Below are positions 41,524 through 51,531 of a stretch of DNA of 64,000 nucleotides, piece after piece. The position numbers and the translations under genes are program-made. The notes under the pieces were generated by a model, which saw only the letters and a list, made by a program, of their open reading frames with translations, had not been told where the DNA came from and did not search any database. Origin of the DNA: Nanobdellota archaeon. Lineage in GTDB: Archaea; EX4484-52; LFW-46. Within the stretch, counting starts at the first letter, position 1; every line of letters starts with the position of its first letter. The stretch covers positions 1,385-65,384 of the forward strand of contig JAHILE010000048.1 of the NCBI GenBank assembly GCA_018897155.1, in the 5' to 3' direction.

Positions 41524-43719
41524 ATGGCACGAGCAAGTTTTATCGAAGACCTGAAAACGATTATCAAAGACGCAAAACAGATTAGAAATATCGCTATTTG
41601 CGCGCATATTGACCATGGAAAAACAACGCTTTCCGACAACTTACTGTCAGGAGCAGGCTTGATCTCAAGCGACCTGGCAGGAAAGCAGTGCTTCATGGAC
41701 TTTGACAAACAAGAACAAGAGAGAGGCATAACAATTTATTCTGCAAACGTATCAATGATTCATAGTGTTGGTAACAAAGACTTTGCCATCAATCTTATAG
41801 ATACGCCCGGCCACGTAGATTTTGGCGGAGATGTGACAAGAGCCATGAGGGCGGTTGACGGCTGCGTTGTTGTGGTTTGCGCAGTAGAAGGCGCAATGCC
41901 GCAGACAGAAACAGTTCTAAGGCAGGCATTAAAGGAGCAGGTAAAACCGATTCTATTCATAAACAAAGTCGACAGATTGATAAAAGAACTCAAATTATCA
42001 CCTGAGGAAGTTCAACAGAGGCTTGCAAAGCATATTGCTGCAGTGAACACACTTATCAAAAAATACGCACCTCTTGAACGCCAGGCAGATTGGATGGTTG
42101 ATGTAAACTCAGGAAAGGTTGTATTTGGCTCAGCATATCATAACTGGGCGATTTCAATTCCTTTCATGAAGAAATCAGGAATAACATTTAAAGATATTTT
42201 TGACGCAGTAAACGGAGGAACTGAAAAAGAGTTCGCAAAAAGAGCGAAAGCATATGAAGTGCTTCTTGATTCAGTCATTATGCACCTTCCAAGTCCTTTC
42301 GAAGCTCAGAGATACAGAATCAAGAAAATCTGGACTGGTGAGCCCGACAGCCCTGAAGGAAAATCAATGTCCGAATGTAATCCAAACGGACCTCTTGTTG
42401 GCGTTATAACTAATGTCAGCGTAGATATGCACGCAGGTAGCATCAGCACAGTAAGGCTTTTCTCAGGGACTATAAAAGAAGGCCAGGCAGTCTATCTTAT
42501 AAGCCAGGAATCAGATGAACGGGTACAACAGGTTGGAGTCTATGCAGGACCGCGAAGAGTGCAGCTCGGCGAGATTTCATGCGGAAATATCATTGCAATA
42601 TCAGGGCTTTCAAAGGCATTTTCAGGAGAAACAATCTGCTCTGCAGAAATAAAGACTGCGCCATTTGAGAGCATAAAGCACATATTCGAGCCGGTTGTGA
42701 CAAAATCCATTGAAGTAAAAGATGTCAAGAATCTGCCAAAAATGATTGAGCTTCTAAGACAGCGCTCAAGAGAAGATCCAACAATAGCGATAAAAATCTC
42801 TGAAACCACTGGAGAAACACTCGTATCTGGTCTTGGAGAACTTCACCTAGATGCAAAAATCGAAAGATTTTTGCGCGACAGAGGCATAGACATCATTGTT
42901 TCAAAGCCGATAATTATCTATAAGGAAAGTATTTTCAACAGTTCGAACGAATACGAAGGCAAGTCCCCCAACAAACACAACAAATTCTTTGTAACGGTGA
43001 CTCCAATGCCTGAGAGCGTACTCTCTGCAATGAACGCAGGGCTTGTAGAAGAAGGAAAAGTCCGAAAGCAGGATGTAAAATCCACTGTCGAAGAGCTAGT
43101 TACTGCTGGAATGAATCGTGACGAAGCAAAAAAAGTAATTGACCTTTACAAGGGAAATATACTTTTGAACGACACAAAAGGCATAGTGCAGCTCAGCGAA
43201 GTTATGGAGCTTGTAGTGCAGTCTTTCCATGAAATAAGCGACCAGGGCCCTCTTGCAGGAGAGCCGGTAACTGGAATGCTGATACATCTCACAGATGCCA
43301 AGCTTCATGAAGATGCAATACATCGAGGCCCGGCACAGGTGCTTCCGGCAGTCAAGGGCGCGATAAAGAACGCGATGGTTGATGCCAAAGCAGGCCTTCT
43401 TGAACCGAAGCAAATACTTAGGGTCGATACGCCAATGGAGCGAATCGGCGACGTAATGAATGAAATACAAAACAGGCGAGGCCAGATTCTTGAAATGACT
43501 GAGGACTCAGGAATGTCAGTCATCAAATGCAAGCTTCCGGTAGCCGATATGTTTGGTTTTGAAGGTGCGCTTAAATCTGCAACAGGAGGACGAGGATTCC
43601 AGTCTCTCATAGACATCATCTACGAGAAGCTTCCGAACGACATGCAGGATAGAACAATTCTTGCAATAAGGAAGAGAAAAGGCATGAAAGAAGAGTTGCC
43701 GAGCATAGATGTTGAATAG
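41524..43719 (+). CDS. fusA: Translation elongation factor 2 (aEF-2)
   Basis: IRNIAICAHIDHGKTTLSDNLL (G1), DTPGHVDF (G3), NKVDR (G4) and the diphthamide-loop HEDAIHRGPAQ. 731 aa. Confidence 0.97.
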   Translation: MARASFIEDLKTIIKDAKQIRNIAICAHIDHGKTTLSDNLLSGAGLISSDLAGKQCFMDFDKQEQERGITIYSANVSMIHSVGNKDFAINLIDTPGHVDFGGDVTRAMRAVDGCVVVVCAVEGAMPQTETVLRQALKEQVKPILFINKVDRLIKELKLSPEEVQQRLAKHIAAVNTLIKKYAPLERQADWMVDVNSGKVVFGSAYHNWAISIPFMKKSGITFKDIFDAVNGGTEKEFAKRAKAYEVLLDSVIMHLPSPFEAQRYRIKKIWTGEPDSPEGKSMSECNPNGPLVGVITNVSVDMHAGSISTVRLFSGTIKEGQAVYLISQESDERVQQVGVYAGPRRVQLGEISCGNIIAISGLSKAFSGETICSAEIKTAPFESIKHIFEPVVTKSIEVKDVKNLPKMIELLRQRSREDPTIAIKISETTGETLVSGLGELHLDAKIERFLRDRGIDIIVSKPIIIYKESIFNSSNEYEGKSPNKHNKFFVTVTPMPESVLSAMNAGLVEEGKVRKQDVKSTVEELVTAGMNRDEAKKVIDLYKGNILLNDTKGIVQLSEVMELVVQSFHEISDQGPLAGEPVTGMLIHLTDAKLHEDAIHRGPAQVLPAVKGAIKNAMVDAKAGLLEPKQILRVDTPMERIGDVMNEIQNRRGQILEMTEDSGMSVIKCKLPVADMFGFEGALKSATGGRGFQSLIDIIYEKLPNDMQDRTILAIRKRKGMKEELPSIDVE

Positions 43720-43753
43720 TTCATTTAAAAAATTTTGAAATCAATCCGAAGAC

Positions 43754-43966
43754 ATGACATACATCGGTCCAATGGCGAGCTTTAATCAAGAAAAAAAGAA
43801 TCATCCGGCAGATATTAAGATTTTCAGAGATATTGTAGACATCTCTGCTGAAGAATGGCTGGAATACATGGAAAACCAGAAAAACTGGACTAAGGACGAC
43901 TGGAAACTACACATACAATATGTTGATGCATTAGGCAGTAAACGTATGCACGGATATTGTAAGTAA
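43754..43966 (+). CDS. Small hypothetical protein
   Basis: 70-aa ORF with an ATG start and Trp/Asp/Lys-rich sequence (EEWLEYMENQKNWTKDDWKLH). No recognised family. Confidence 0.3.
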   Translation: MTYIGPMASFNQEKKNHPADIKIFRDIVDISAEEWLEYMENQKNWTKDDWKLHIQYVDALGSKRMHGYCK

Positions 43967-44035
43967 AACAAATAGTATGTGAGGATGGTGCGCGAACTAC
44001 AAACACACACAAGTTTTCTATAGAGTGTGAAACAT

Positions 44036-44803
44036 ATGCCTCAAGCGCACATAAAAAAGAAAGTTCTTATCACAGGTCATGCCGGATCTATCGGCACGGT
44101 TCTTCGGGAAAGCTATCTAAAGGAAAAATACGATTTCTCGTTCTTAGACAAGAAAAAAATGGATGGCGTAACTTCTTTTCTGGCGGATATTAGCAGTGAC
44201 GACATATCGCCGGCTTTCAAAGGCATCAATACAGTAGTGCATCTGGCTGCAGACCCTCGCGAAGACACTCCGTTTGAAAGCGTTTTAAAAAATAATATTC
44301 TTGGAACAGAAAGGGTTTTCGAAGCTGCAAGAAATGCGAATATCAAAAAAATAATATTTGCAAGCTCTGTAAGAGCCACTGATATGTATTTGTTAAGCAA
44401 AATGCCTAAAGGAACTGAAGGCAATTGGTGGGACTTATGGGAAAAATTCGGCACAAAACCGCCAAAAATCATAACTCCAAAAGATCCTGCGAATCCATAT
44501 AATCATTACGGCATAAGTAAAGTATACGGCGAAAATCTGGGGAGATACTATTCTGAAAGATATGGCCTATCAGTAATCTGTCTTAGAATTGGCGGATTCG
44601 GGCGCGAAAAACCGGCAAACTATTTCTTAAAAAGCGTGTGGATAAGCCACAGAGATGCAATTGACGGCTTTGACAAATCAATTGAAACCAAGAATATCAA
44701 ATTCGGCATATACTACCTGATTTCAAACAATAAGACAAATGTCTATGACATATCAAGCACAATCAAGGACTTAAAATACGCTCCAAAAGATAATTCGGAT
44801 TAA
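44036..44803 (+). CDS. NAD-dependent epimerase/dehydratase (extended SDR) family protein
   Basis: KKVLITGHAGSIGTVL (Rossmann GxxGxxG) and YGISKVYGE (YxxxK). The ORF-track start at 44027 is GTG. The ATG is at 44036. Confidence 0.8.
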   Translation: MPQAHIKKKVLITGHAGSIGTVLRESYLKEKYDFSFLDKKKMDGVTSFLADISSDDISPAFKGINTVVHLAADPREDTPFESVLKNNILGTERVFEAARNANIKKIIFASSVRATDMYLLSKMPKGTEGNWWDLWEKFGTKPPKIITPKDPANPYNHYGISKVYGENLGRYYSERYGLSVICLRIGGFGREKPANYFLKSVWISHRDAIDGFDKSIETKNIKFGIYYLISNNKTNVYDISSTIKDLKYAPKDNSD

Positions 44804-44835
44804 TCAAAATTCTAATCAATAAAAAAGAAAAAACA

Positions 44836-44865
44836 AGGCGCGCCACCCACGAAAGCGGCGCGCCT
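44836..44865. terminator. GC-rich hairpin between convergent genes (possible bidirectional terminator)
   Basis: AGGCGCGCC (44836-44844) pairs with GGCGCGCCT (44857-44865) around a 12-nt loop. Flanked by an A-run and a T-containing tract. Confidence 0.5.
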
Positions 44866-44884
44866 CTATTAATTAAATCCTAAT

Positions 44885-46000
44885 TTATGCCCCGCATCCG
44901 CCTGCCGGAACTTCCGCAGTTTGAACTGCTGATGTATCTATTGCCCGATCACATTCTGCAGGAGCTGTATTAAATGCCGCGCAAATACCACTAAGGAATG
45001 CGTCAGCTGTTCTCTGACCATTATAAGCTCCAGAGTTTATCTTTATTGTGGGCGAGCCGCCAACTCCAAGCTCATCAGCAAGCTTTATATTCTCTGCAAG
45101 AAGATCCGCACCTTCTTTGCCTTCAGAGCAGATTTTTATTTTGGCAACATCTATTTTTGCCTCGGTTGCGCATCCCTGCCATTCTGTGCTTCGGTAATCC
45201 TTGTTCCTGCAAACAACGTAGTTCATATAGGTGGTAGGAGCATATTTTGCTGCGCACAACTGCCTTACATTTTCATCAACTTCTGCTTGTCCGTGAAGTG
45301 ATGAGAATGTTCCGTCAGCTTTTTGGTTTGCTATAAATCTGAGCTCGAAGGAAATTTTATCCTTAAGTGTATCAAGAACCGGCTTTATTGCATTTTCAGC
45401 CTGCACTCCGTATGGACACTGGCTCATTACAAAGAGCTGAACAATAGGTTTATCGGATTTAATCGCCGCTTGAACTGGAGGTGCCTCGGTTGCTCCGCTT
45501 TCCTTTATCTGCTTTGCCTGTTCTGCGACTTTTGCAACATCTAATACTTGCGGGAATAAAAGAGCCCCGTCCTTGGTTGCGTATGATAGTGCTGCAAGCT
45601 TTCCATCAATCATAACTGAAAATTTGTAAAGGCCGTTTTCTTCAGTAAGATTCTCTATAGCAACCTCGGCAGCGTTCTGTGTAAGGGATTCCTGTATGAA
45701 GTTCTTCATATTAAGAGAAAACTGCTGCGCATCAAGGCTCTTTGACGCACCGGGCGCGTTTGAGCTGACAGTCTGGCCGGAAAACAAAGAAATCAAAAGC
45801 AGTGCTGCAAGAACTGCCGAGAGGGCTGGCCAGAACGGGATTTTGTTTTTTCCTTGTTTTGCATCATTCGAAACGCTTTTCTTGTGCGCCTCATGATGTG
45901 CATCATGCTTTGCCTCGTGCTTCACTTCGTGTTTTACTTCAGGTTTTTTGCTTTCAACATTTTCGGTTTCCATAGAATCACCAATTAATATTATCCGCAT
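44885..46000 (-). CDS. Membrane-anchored thioredoxin-fold (DsbA/GILT-like) protein with His/Lys-rich N-terminus
   Basis: KHEVKHEAKHDAHHEAHKK, TM helix FWPALSAVLAALLLISLF, LFVMSQCPYGVQAENAIKPVL and several further Cys in the C-terminal half. Alternative ATG at 45973 (METENVE...). Confidence 0.55.
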   Translation of the reverse strand: MRIILIGDSMETENVESKKPEVKHEVKHEAKHDAHHEAHKKSVSNDAKQGKNKIPFWPALSAVLAALLLISLFSGQTVSSNAPGASKSLDAQQFSLNMKNFIQESLTQNAAEVAIENLTEENGLYKFSVMIDGKLAALSYATKDGALLFPQVLDVAKVAEQAKQIKESGATEAPPVQAAIKSDKPIVQLFVMSQCPYGVQAENAIKPVLDTLKDKISFELRFIANQKADGTFSSLHGQAEVDENVRQLCAAKYAPTTYMNYVVCRNKDYRSTEWQGCATEAKIDVAKIKICSEGKEGADLLAENIKLADELGVGGSPTIKINSGAYNGQRTADAFLSGICAAFNTAPAECDRAIDTSAVQTAEVPAGGCGA

Positions 46001-46374
46001 ATATTCCCATTAATGCATAAATTACAGTTTTTAAGCGTTGGTATTGCTTCCCGATGAAGCTTGCATAAAATCCCTGATTTTCTTATATCGCGGCATACTG
46101 TGCAGAGGATTCCGGACTCAAAAGGATTTTTAGCAGTACTAAGTATTTTTGCTGCGTCAGTTATCGATTTTCTCACCACGATATTTTCCTCAAGCAGCTT
46201 TGCCTTTTTGCCGCGCAATTCGCGCTTGTACTGCGATATCGCCGGCTGCGTCACACCCATTTTCAGCGCGGTTTCAGCCTGATTGTAATTGAACGTTTCC
46301 ATAAGGTCGCGCGCGATAAGCGCCCGAACGGTCGGAAATATCTCCTGAACCATGATTTCGCAAAACGGGCGCAT
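45991..46374 (-). CDS. HTH (XRE-like) transcriptional regulator with C-terminal Cys cluster
   Basis: FNYNQAETALKMGVTQPAISQYKRELRGKK, then CTVCRD..ILCKLH..CNLC. The ORF-track start at 46446 is GTG and overlaps the upstream gene. ATGs lie at 46392, 46374 and 46353, so the start is uncertain. Confidence 0.6.
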   Translation of the reverse strand: MRPFCEIMVQEIFPTVRALIARDLMETFNYNQAETALKMGVTQPAISQYKRELRGKKAKLLEENIVVRKSITDAAKILSTAKNPFESGILCTVCRDIRKSGILCKLHREAIPTLKNCNLCINGNICG

Positions 46375-46423
46375 AATATAGTTTGACACCATAAATATAA
46401 ATATCCCTGCCAAAAGAAAGAAG

Positions 46424-47500
46424 TCATTCAGAATCCGGGGACACAACCAAGTTTATACGGTTGCTCAAAAACTTAGCTCTAAGAACAGGATCTAATAAAA
46501 CTTCGGCTTTTTTTAGTTTCTGCCCAATCTCGCATATAAGCGGGCGGCACAATTCTTTATACGATTCAAGCGGTGCGGCGGCGGCACTTTTAATTGCTTG
46601 CGCGCAATTAAATCCGCTCCTTAAGGCAAAACTAATGCCATCTCCTGTGCTTGGCGATACCAAGCCCGCTGCCTCACCCACAAGGAATATGTTATTGCTT
46701 CCCAGGCAGATTTCCTCCGTCGACTTTATCTTTGTAAGAAGACATGCCTCCTTTTTGTAAAAAGCAGCATCATTGCCCATTACATGTTTAATCTTCTGCT
46801 TAAGCAGCTGAAATTTTTTCAAAACATCCGTCCCTATAGGAAATGCTGTACCGCATACAAAAGAATTTCCTTTGGGTATTAGCCAAGAATAATAATTTGT
46901 CACATCTTTTGAAAAGATAAAATAAAATGCATCTATATTGTGATTGCCCGAGAACCATTCCTGCATAGCGATAAGCTGATTCATTTTAGTGCCCGTTGCT
47001 TTTTTCCTTACTGTCGAAAGAGCGCCATCCGCCCCTATTAAAAACCGCGACTTAACAGCCGTTTTTTTGCCGTTTTTTTCCAAAATCATCTTATATCCAT
47101 CTGCACCTCCGTTTATCTCTTCAGCGCCTAAAAACCGTGTGTTAGAAGAAAAATCAATGCTGTTTTTTGAAAGATTTAAAAGCTCAAAATCAAAGGCATT
47201 TCGGTCTACATTCAAATAATTTTTTTTTTGTCTTACATCTATGCCATTGTCATGATCCATATAGGTTATATCCACATATTCCGGCGTAGAGAACACCGAA
47301 TCAGGAAGCTTGATCTTTTTTATAAAATCCTTTGATTCTTCTGTCAATAGGCCTCCGCAAGGCTTGCTTCGGGGAAATGCGGCGCTGTCAACCATCAAAA
47401 CTTTAAAATCGTTTTTTAGAAAATTAGCCGTAAAGCATCCGCCAGGTCCTGCACCGACAATAACTGCATCATAAAAAGAAGACGTTGTAAACTGCTCCAT
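46424..47500 (-). CDS. Geranylgeranyl reductase family FAD-dependent oxidoreductase
   Basis: YDAVIVGAGPGGCFTANFL and PRSKPCGGLL. The ORF-track start at 47509 is GTG. The ATG at 47500 has GGTGG 6-10 nt upstream. Confidence 0.8.
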   Translation of the reverse strand: MEQFTTSSFYDAVIVGAGPGGCFTANFLKNDFKVLMVDSAAFPRSKPCGGLLTEESKDFIKKIKLPDSVFSTPEYVDITYMDHDNGIDVRQKKNYLNVDRNAFDFELLNLSKNSIDFSSNTRFLGAEEINGGADGYKMILEKNGKKTAVKSRFLIGADGALSTVRKKATGTKMNQLIAMQEWFSGNHNIDAFYFIFSKDVTNYYSWLIPKGNSFVCGTAFPIGTDVLKKFQLLKQKIKHVMGNDAAFYKKEACLLTKIKSTEEICLGSNNIFLVGEAAGLVSPSTGDGISFALRSGFNCAQAIKSAAAAPLESYKELCRPLICEIGQKLKKAEVLLDPVLRAKFLSNRINLVVSPDSE

Positions 47501-47604
47501 ATTTGCCACCCATTAACCAACCATATGATTTTAGTATATCAATAACTTTAAAAAAGCATTACAGAACCCCCCGTACAAAACATACCTACAGGCATATTAG
47601 CCTG

Positions 47605-48738
47605 CTACTCTGATACAACCACGCTAAAATAACCTTGCGAGATGTCTGTCTTAACGCGGGATAAAATAACTTTCTTTCCAAAAAATCTGGTCAGCATACC
47701 CGATAATATTCCCCGAAACATAGTATATTTTATATCTTTTGAAAGCTTTGTCCACGGGAAAAAATTCGAGAAAACACTATATTTCCCAGATTTTTTGAAT
47801 ACAGATATATCCCCCCATCCAAGCGAAGACATGAACTCAGAAATAAATTGCTCAGGATGCATATTTAAAGAAATTGATTTTCCTTCAGAATCTTTTTCTT
47901 TTCCCGCAATCTGCGCCCCCCAATCAAATGATACATTGAATAAAATCTTATCCGCGTCTTTACTGCGCACAATCATTTTTTCCATAATGTACATCAAGCT
48001 TGATTCACAAAGAAAAAACCGTTCGTTTTTATAATCAATCGTTCCGTGGTCATATTTAAAAACGCCAAAATCTATGAATTTTTTAAGAGAATAGCTTGAA
48101 AATTGGGTCTTATGCTCTTTATTAACTTCAAGATATTCGTAATCTATCAAGAGGTCATAAATTTCCTTTGAAATATACTGCTTAATCCCTTTTTTAGCAA
48201 GAATTGCTGATGGCGCGCAAATCACTTCGCAAAGAGTATCTTTCCGTCCCTGACATTTCAACTGTATGCCTTCTATGGATTTGTCTGAAAAAGCATAAGC
48301 ACAGAAGCCTGCAAAGGTCCCTTCAATAATTGTGTGACCAATACCGTTCTTGGAGCATATTATAAAATCTTTTGCAGTCATCTGAAATATTTTATCGCCA
48401 TAATCTATTGTGTGATTCAATTTACGGCCATAAGAAATGCTTTCTATATACCGAACCATGAAGTAAAAGCCGTTAAGAAACTTATTTTTATCAACAGCTC
48501 CGATAACCAACGTGTCAGTATTTCGCGCATAATTGTATCCGAAGATTTTACCTGCAGTATAAAGCATTTGCCCATCGAGCTTTTTTTCAAGCTCAATAAA
48601 AATATACTCCGGAAATGCGATATCCCGAAGATATTTCTTATTGCCGTTTACAAAAATGAATCCACTCTTATCGATAACTTCTATCCTTGGAAGGTATACG
48701 TTCCTAAGAAACCAATTCAGAATTTCATCTTTAACCAT
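47605..48738 (-). CDS. Hypothetical protein with two V4R-like (4-vinyl-reductase-type) small-molecule-binding domains
   Basis: FIICSKNGIGHTIIEGTFAGFCAYAF...IQLKCQGRKDTLCEVIC resembles the V4R C-terminal pattern E..C..G...C. The second half ends ...LGWGDISVF. Assigned by eye only. Confidence 0.4.
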   Translation of the reverse strand: MVKDEILNWFLRNVYLPRIEVIDKSGFIFVNGNKKYLRDIAFPEYIFIELEKKLDGQMLYTAGKIFGYNYARNTDTLVIGAVDKNKFLNGFYFMVRYIESISYGRKLNHTIDYGDKIFQMTAKDFIICSKNGIGHTIIEGTFAGFCAYAFSDKSIEGIQLKCQGRKDTLCEVICAPSAILAKKGIKQYISKEIYDLLIDYEYLEVNKEHKTQFSSYSLKKFIDFGVFKYDHGTIDYKNERFFLCESSLMYIMEKMIVRSKDADKILFNVSFDWGAQIAGKEKDSEGKSISLNMHPEQFISEFMSSLGWGDISVFKKSGKYSVFSNFFPWTKLSKDIKYTMFRGILSGMLTRFFGKKVILSRVKTDISQGYFSVVVSE

Positions 48739-49579
48739 AAAACACGCCGTATATACAAATCATGCCTGCAGTAAAAATAAAGACGCCATCAACAAACAAG
48801 TCATAATACACTAGTTTATTTAGTTTTCCATTCATATATAGGTATATGTAGGTGTATGCAAATAGTAAAGACAAAATTATTGCCTTTTTTGGAAAGATTC
48901 CTGAAGCCAGCCCCCAAACAAACAGAAAAAATGAAATTGTAGTTACTACATAACCAATAAGGACTGTATTTCTTGATCCGATGATCTCAGGAATCGTCTT
49001 AATATTAACCGCTTCATCCCCCTTCACATCTTTTATGTCCGAGATTATAGTGTTTATGAAAAATAATGCAGAAATTATTAGAGAAAAAAGAAGCAGAGGC
49101 ATTGTAAACGCGCTGTTATACAATCCGACAAAAATAATAATCATTCCCCACACAATGGCGATATATATATTTTTTATCAAAAAATATTTCTTTATGCGGT
49201 ATACGCTATATACCAGTCCAAATAGCGTTTGCACAAAAATGAAAAGAAACGCATACAGGTTTACCGCAATAACTTGCAATAATAAATAAATGTATATCAT
49301 CACTCCTGCAGTAATCAATGGTTTTGTATATTTATTGACAAATAACCTTCTTTCCGGAGCATTTATAGCATCTTCGTCAAAATCCGTCAAGCGATTAAGA
49401 TTATATGCAATAAAGAATTCAAAGAAAATGATTGAAAGAATAATAGGATTTGAAGAAAGATTCATCAAAAAAAGAGTGATGTAAGCAACGCACGACGCTC
49501 CTAATGCTATATAAATGTTGCTTTTTAGCAAAAAATTAATCGCAGATTCAAAAAAACTTTTTTGCATAAGATCAGTCAT
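48731..49579 (-). CDS. UbiA-family prenyltransferase
   Basis: 8-9 TM helices. First Asp-rich motif NRLTDFDEDAINAPER, second SDIKDVKGDE. Confidence 0.8.
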   Translation of the reverse strand: MTDLMQKSFFESAINFLLKSNIYIALGASCVAYITLFLMNLSSNPIILSIIFFEFFIAYNLNRLTDFDEDAINAPERRLFVNKYTKPLITAGVMIYIYLLLQVIAVNLYAFLFIFVQTLFGLVYSVYRIKKYFLIKNIYIAIVWGMIIIFVGLYNSAFTMPLLLFSLIISALFFINTIISDIKDVKGDEAVNIKTIPEIIGSRNTVLIGYVVTTISFFLFVWGLASGIFPKKAIILSLLFAYTYIYLYMNGKLNKLVYYDLFVDGVFIFTAGMICIYGVFYG

Positions 49580-49602
49580 ACAGTAATCAAAAAAATATTC
49601 TT

Positions 49603-50697
49603 TTACTCAAATTGTTTAGTGGTGTAATAATCATAAACTAAGTTCAATCCCCCACCAATGGCTTCGTAAAAATATATATTTATTAAATCCAAATAGTCTT
49701 TGGGTTCAAATAACCTGAAAAAAATCTCCGCAAACTTCCCTTGACATTCGTATTCTGTTCCTGGAAAGCAATTTATCACAGTATCAAATTCCAATTCTTT
49801 TTTATCATTTAACTCTGCCGCTTGCATCATCCGGCATATCGGCGTGATAGAACAATAATTTTTATCAACTTTTTCTTTTGTAGAGCCTGTTTTATTATTC
49901 CAGTCAGCTGCCCTGCCTATAAGAATATTGCTGCCCGTTTTTTCAAGATTCAACTGATAAATATCCCCATTACGTATTATTTTATTCGAGTGACAACCTA
50001 AAGTAAAAATGTCTTTAGTTTCATTCTTAAGGGTTCTTTCAAAAAACTGAATTATTTTGATTTTTGAAGATAAGGCATCGAGTTCATATTTCTTATCAAA
50101 ACACTGCACCATAGAATGGCCTGTTCGATTACCTCGATTTTTCTGATTTAAAAGATCTCTTATTTTTCCATATTGTTTCACAGACATAAACGCAATTTCC
50201 TTATTAGTTGCTTCAATTATTTTTTCTTTATAGGTTTTTGGAACTGGAGCACCTTCTCTTCTATATTTCTCCCAAATTGCTTTATTCGTGTCATTGAGAT
50301 CATTGTATAATAATGTAATAATTTTTGTTTTGTTGGGTAATAGATTGTAAACTTCAAGTCCTAAATCAAGGGAATCAAGAATCACTTTAGGTATATCTGT
50401 TTGTAGATTATTTTTAGAGTGTGCGCAGGTAATGGCCACCTTATCTTTTGATTCGACGTAAGGCAATAATGCAGATATTATTTCAGACATTACTTCTCCA
50501 TGATTCGATCCATAAAATGAACCGCTTGCTTTGTAAACTATAGTGTCTCCTTTAACTATGTGTTTCTTAAAATCAAGACCCCCATCACGTAAGCATGAGG
50601 CGTATGTGTCTTCTAATACCATACTATTAAGAAGAAAGAAAACTATAAAAACTAATGTATAAAAGCGCGCGCGCATGTTAAACATATGGCGGCACAT
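49603..50697 (-). CDS. Secreted hypothetical protein (AT-rich gene)
   Basis: N-terminal hydrophobic FYTLVFIVFFLLNSMVL. 364 aa, with several Cys. No family recognised. Confidence 0.5.
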   Translation of the reverse strand: MCRHMFNMRARFYTLVFIVFFLLNSMVLEDTYASCLRDGGLDFKKHIVKGDTIVYKASGSFYGSNHGEVMSEIISALLPYVESKDKVAITCAHSKNNLQTDIPKVILDSLDLGLEVYNLLPNKTKIITLLYNDLNDTNKAIWEKYRREGAPVPKTYKEKIIEATNKEIAFMSVKQYGKIRDLLNQKNRGNRTGHSMVQCFDKKYELDALSSKIKIIQFFERTLKNETKDIFTLGCHSNKIIRNGDIYQLNLEKTGSNILIGRAADWNNKTGSTKEKVDKNYCSITPICRMMQAAELNDKKELEFDTVINCFPGTEYECQGKFAEIFFRLFEPKDYLDLINIYFYEAIGGGLNLVYDYYTTKQFE

Positions 50698-50790
50698 CTA
50701 ACCCCATCAGACTACCGCATATAACTATAAAAATTCCTCAGGTTAGCTTCATGACGCCTATAACCCTAACTAAACTATGGCGAAGTTCGC

Positions 50791-51495
50791 TCACACCACA
50801 ACAATTCCTTTCGAAGTCATTTCAATACTTTTTATCCCTTCAGACGTGCTTGTCCTTCGCATCTTACGCACTTCAAGAGTCCTGTTCACGGTAGAACCCA
50901 TTGCCAAGTAACGCAAAACAATAACGCCATCAACGACAAATTCCTCTACGCCGTACCTTGAAAGCAGCTTGCTATCCTCAGTTATTTCAGAGGAAAGAAC
51001 TGCGGTGCAATTTGAGGATTTTATTGCAGAAACAAGCGAAAACAGACCTTTTCGTATTTTATACTCATCTTTTATGTACATGCCGAAAAGAGATGTCGAA
51101 TCAATTGCAACGCGCCGGTAATTATTTGTAGTTATAAGGTCCTTGAGCCGAAGGTTTATGTCGGTAAGCTCAAACGGATCATATATCTCTATTCTCAGCT
51201 GCCCTGTTTTTTCATATTTCATCAGGTCCCAGCCAAACTGCATTGCATCTGCTCTTAAATCCTCAATAGGCTCTTCAAGAGTTATGTAGATACAGTTTTC
51301 GCCGTTTTTCAAGCCTTCCCAAATAAATTGAAGCATGAGTGTGGTTTTGCCGGTGCCGGCGCCGCCAGTAATCAATATGCACGAACCACTTGGAAATCCA
51401 CCCAACAGCATCTTATCAAGACCGATTATACCTGTTGATACACGGATGGATGCCCGAGACATATTTGAGAGTTTAGAAATATTTTTTTTAGACAT
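50791..51495 (-). CDS. KaiC/RadA-like single-domain RecA-superfamily ATPase
   Basis: STGIIGLDKMLLGGFPSGSCILITGGAGTGKTTLMLQF (Walker A) and RVAIDSTS (Walker B-like). ATGs lie at 51507 and 51495. GTATATATAC lies ~29 nt upstream of 51495. Confidence 0.8.
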   Translation of the reverse strand: MSKKNISKLSNMSRASIRVSTGIIGLDKMLLGGFPSGSCILITGGAGTGKTTLMLQFIWEGLKNGENCIYITLEEPIEDLRADAMQFGWDLMKYEKTGQLRIEIYDPFELTDINLRLKDLITTNNYRRVAIDSTSLFGMYIKDEYKIRKGLFSLVSAIKSSNCTAVLSSEITEDSKLLSRYGVEEFVVDGVIVLRYLAMGSTVNRTLEVRKMRRTSTSEGIKSIEMTSKGIVVV

Positions 51496-51531
51496 ATATA
51501 TAATCATGCATGCGGTTGTATATATACGTTA

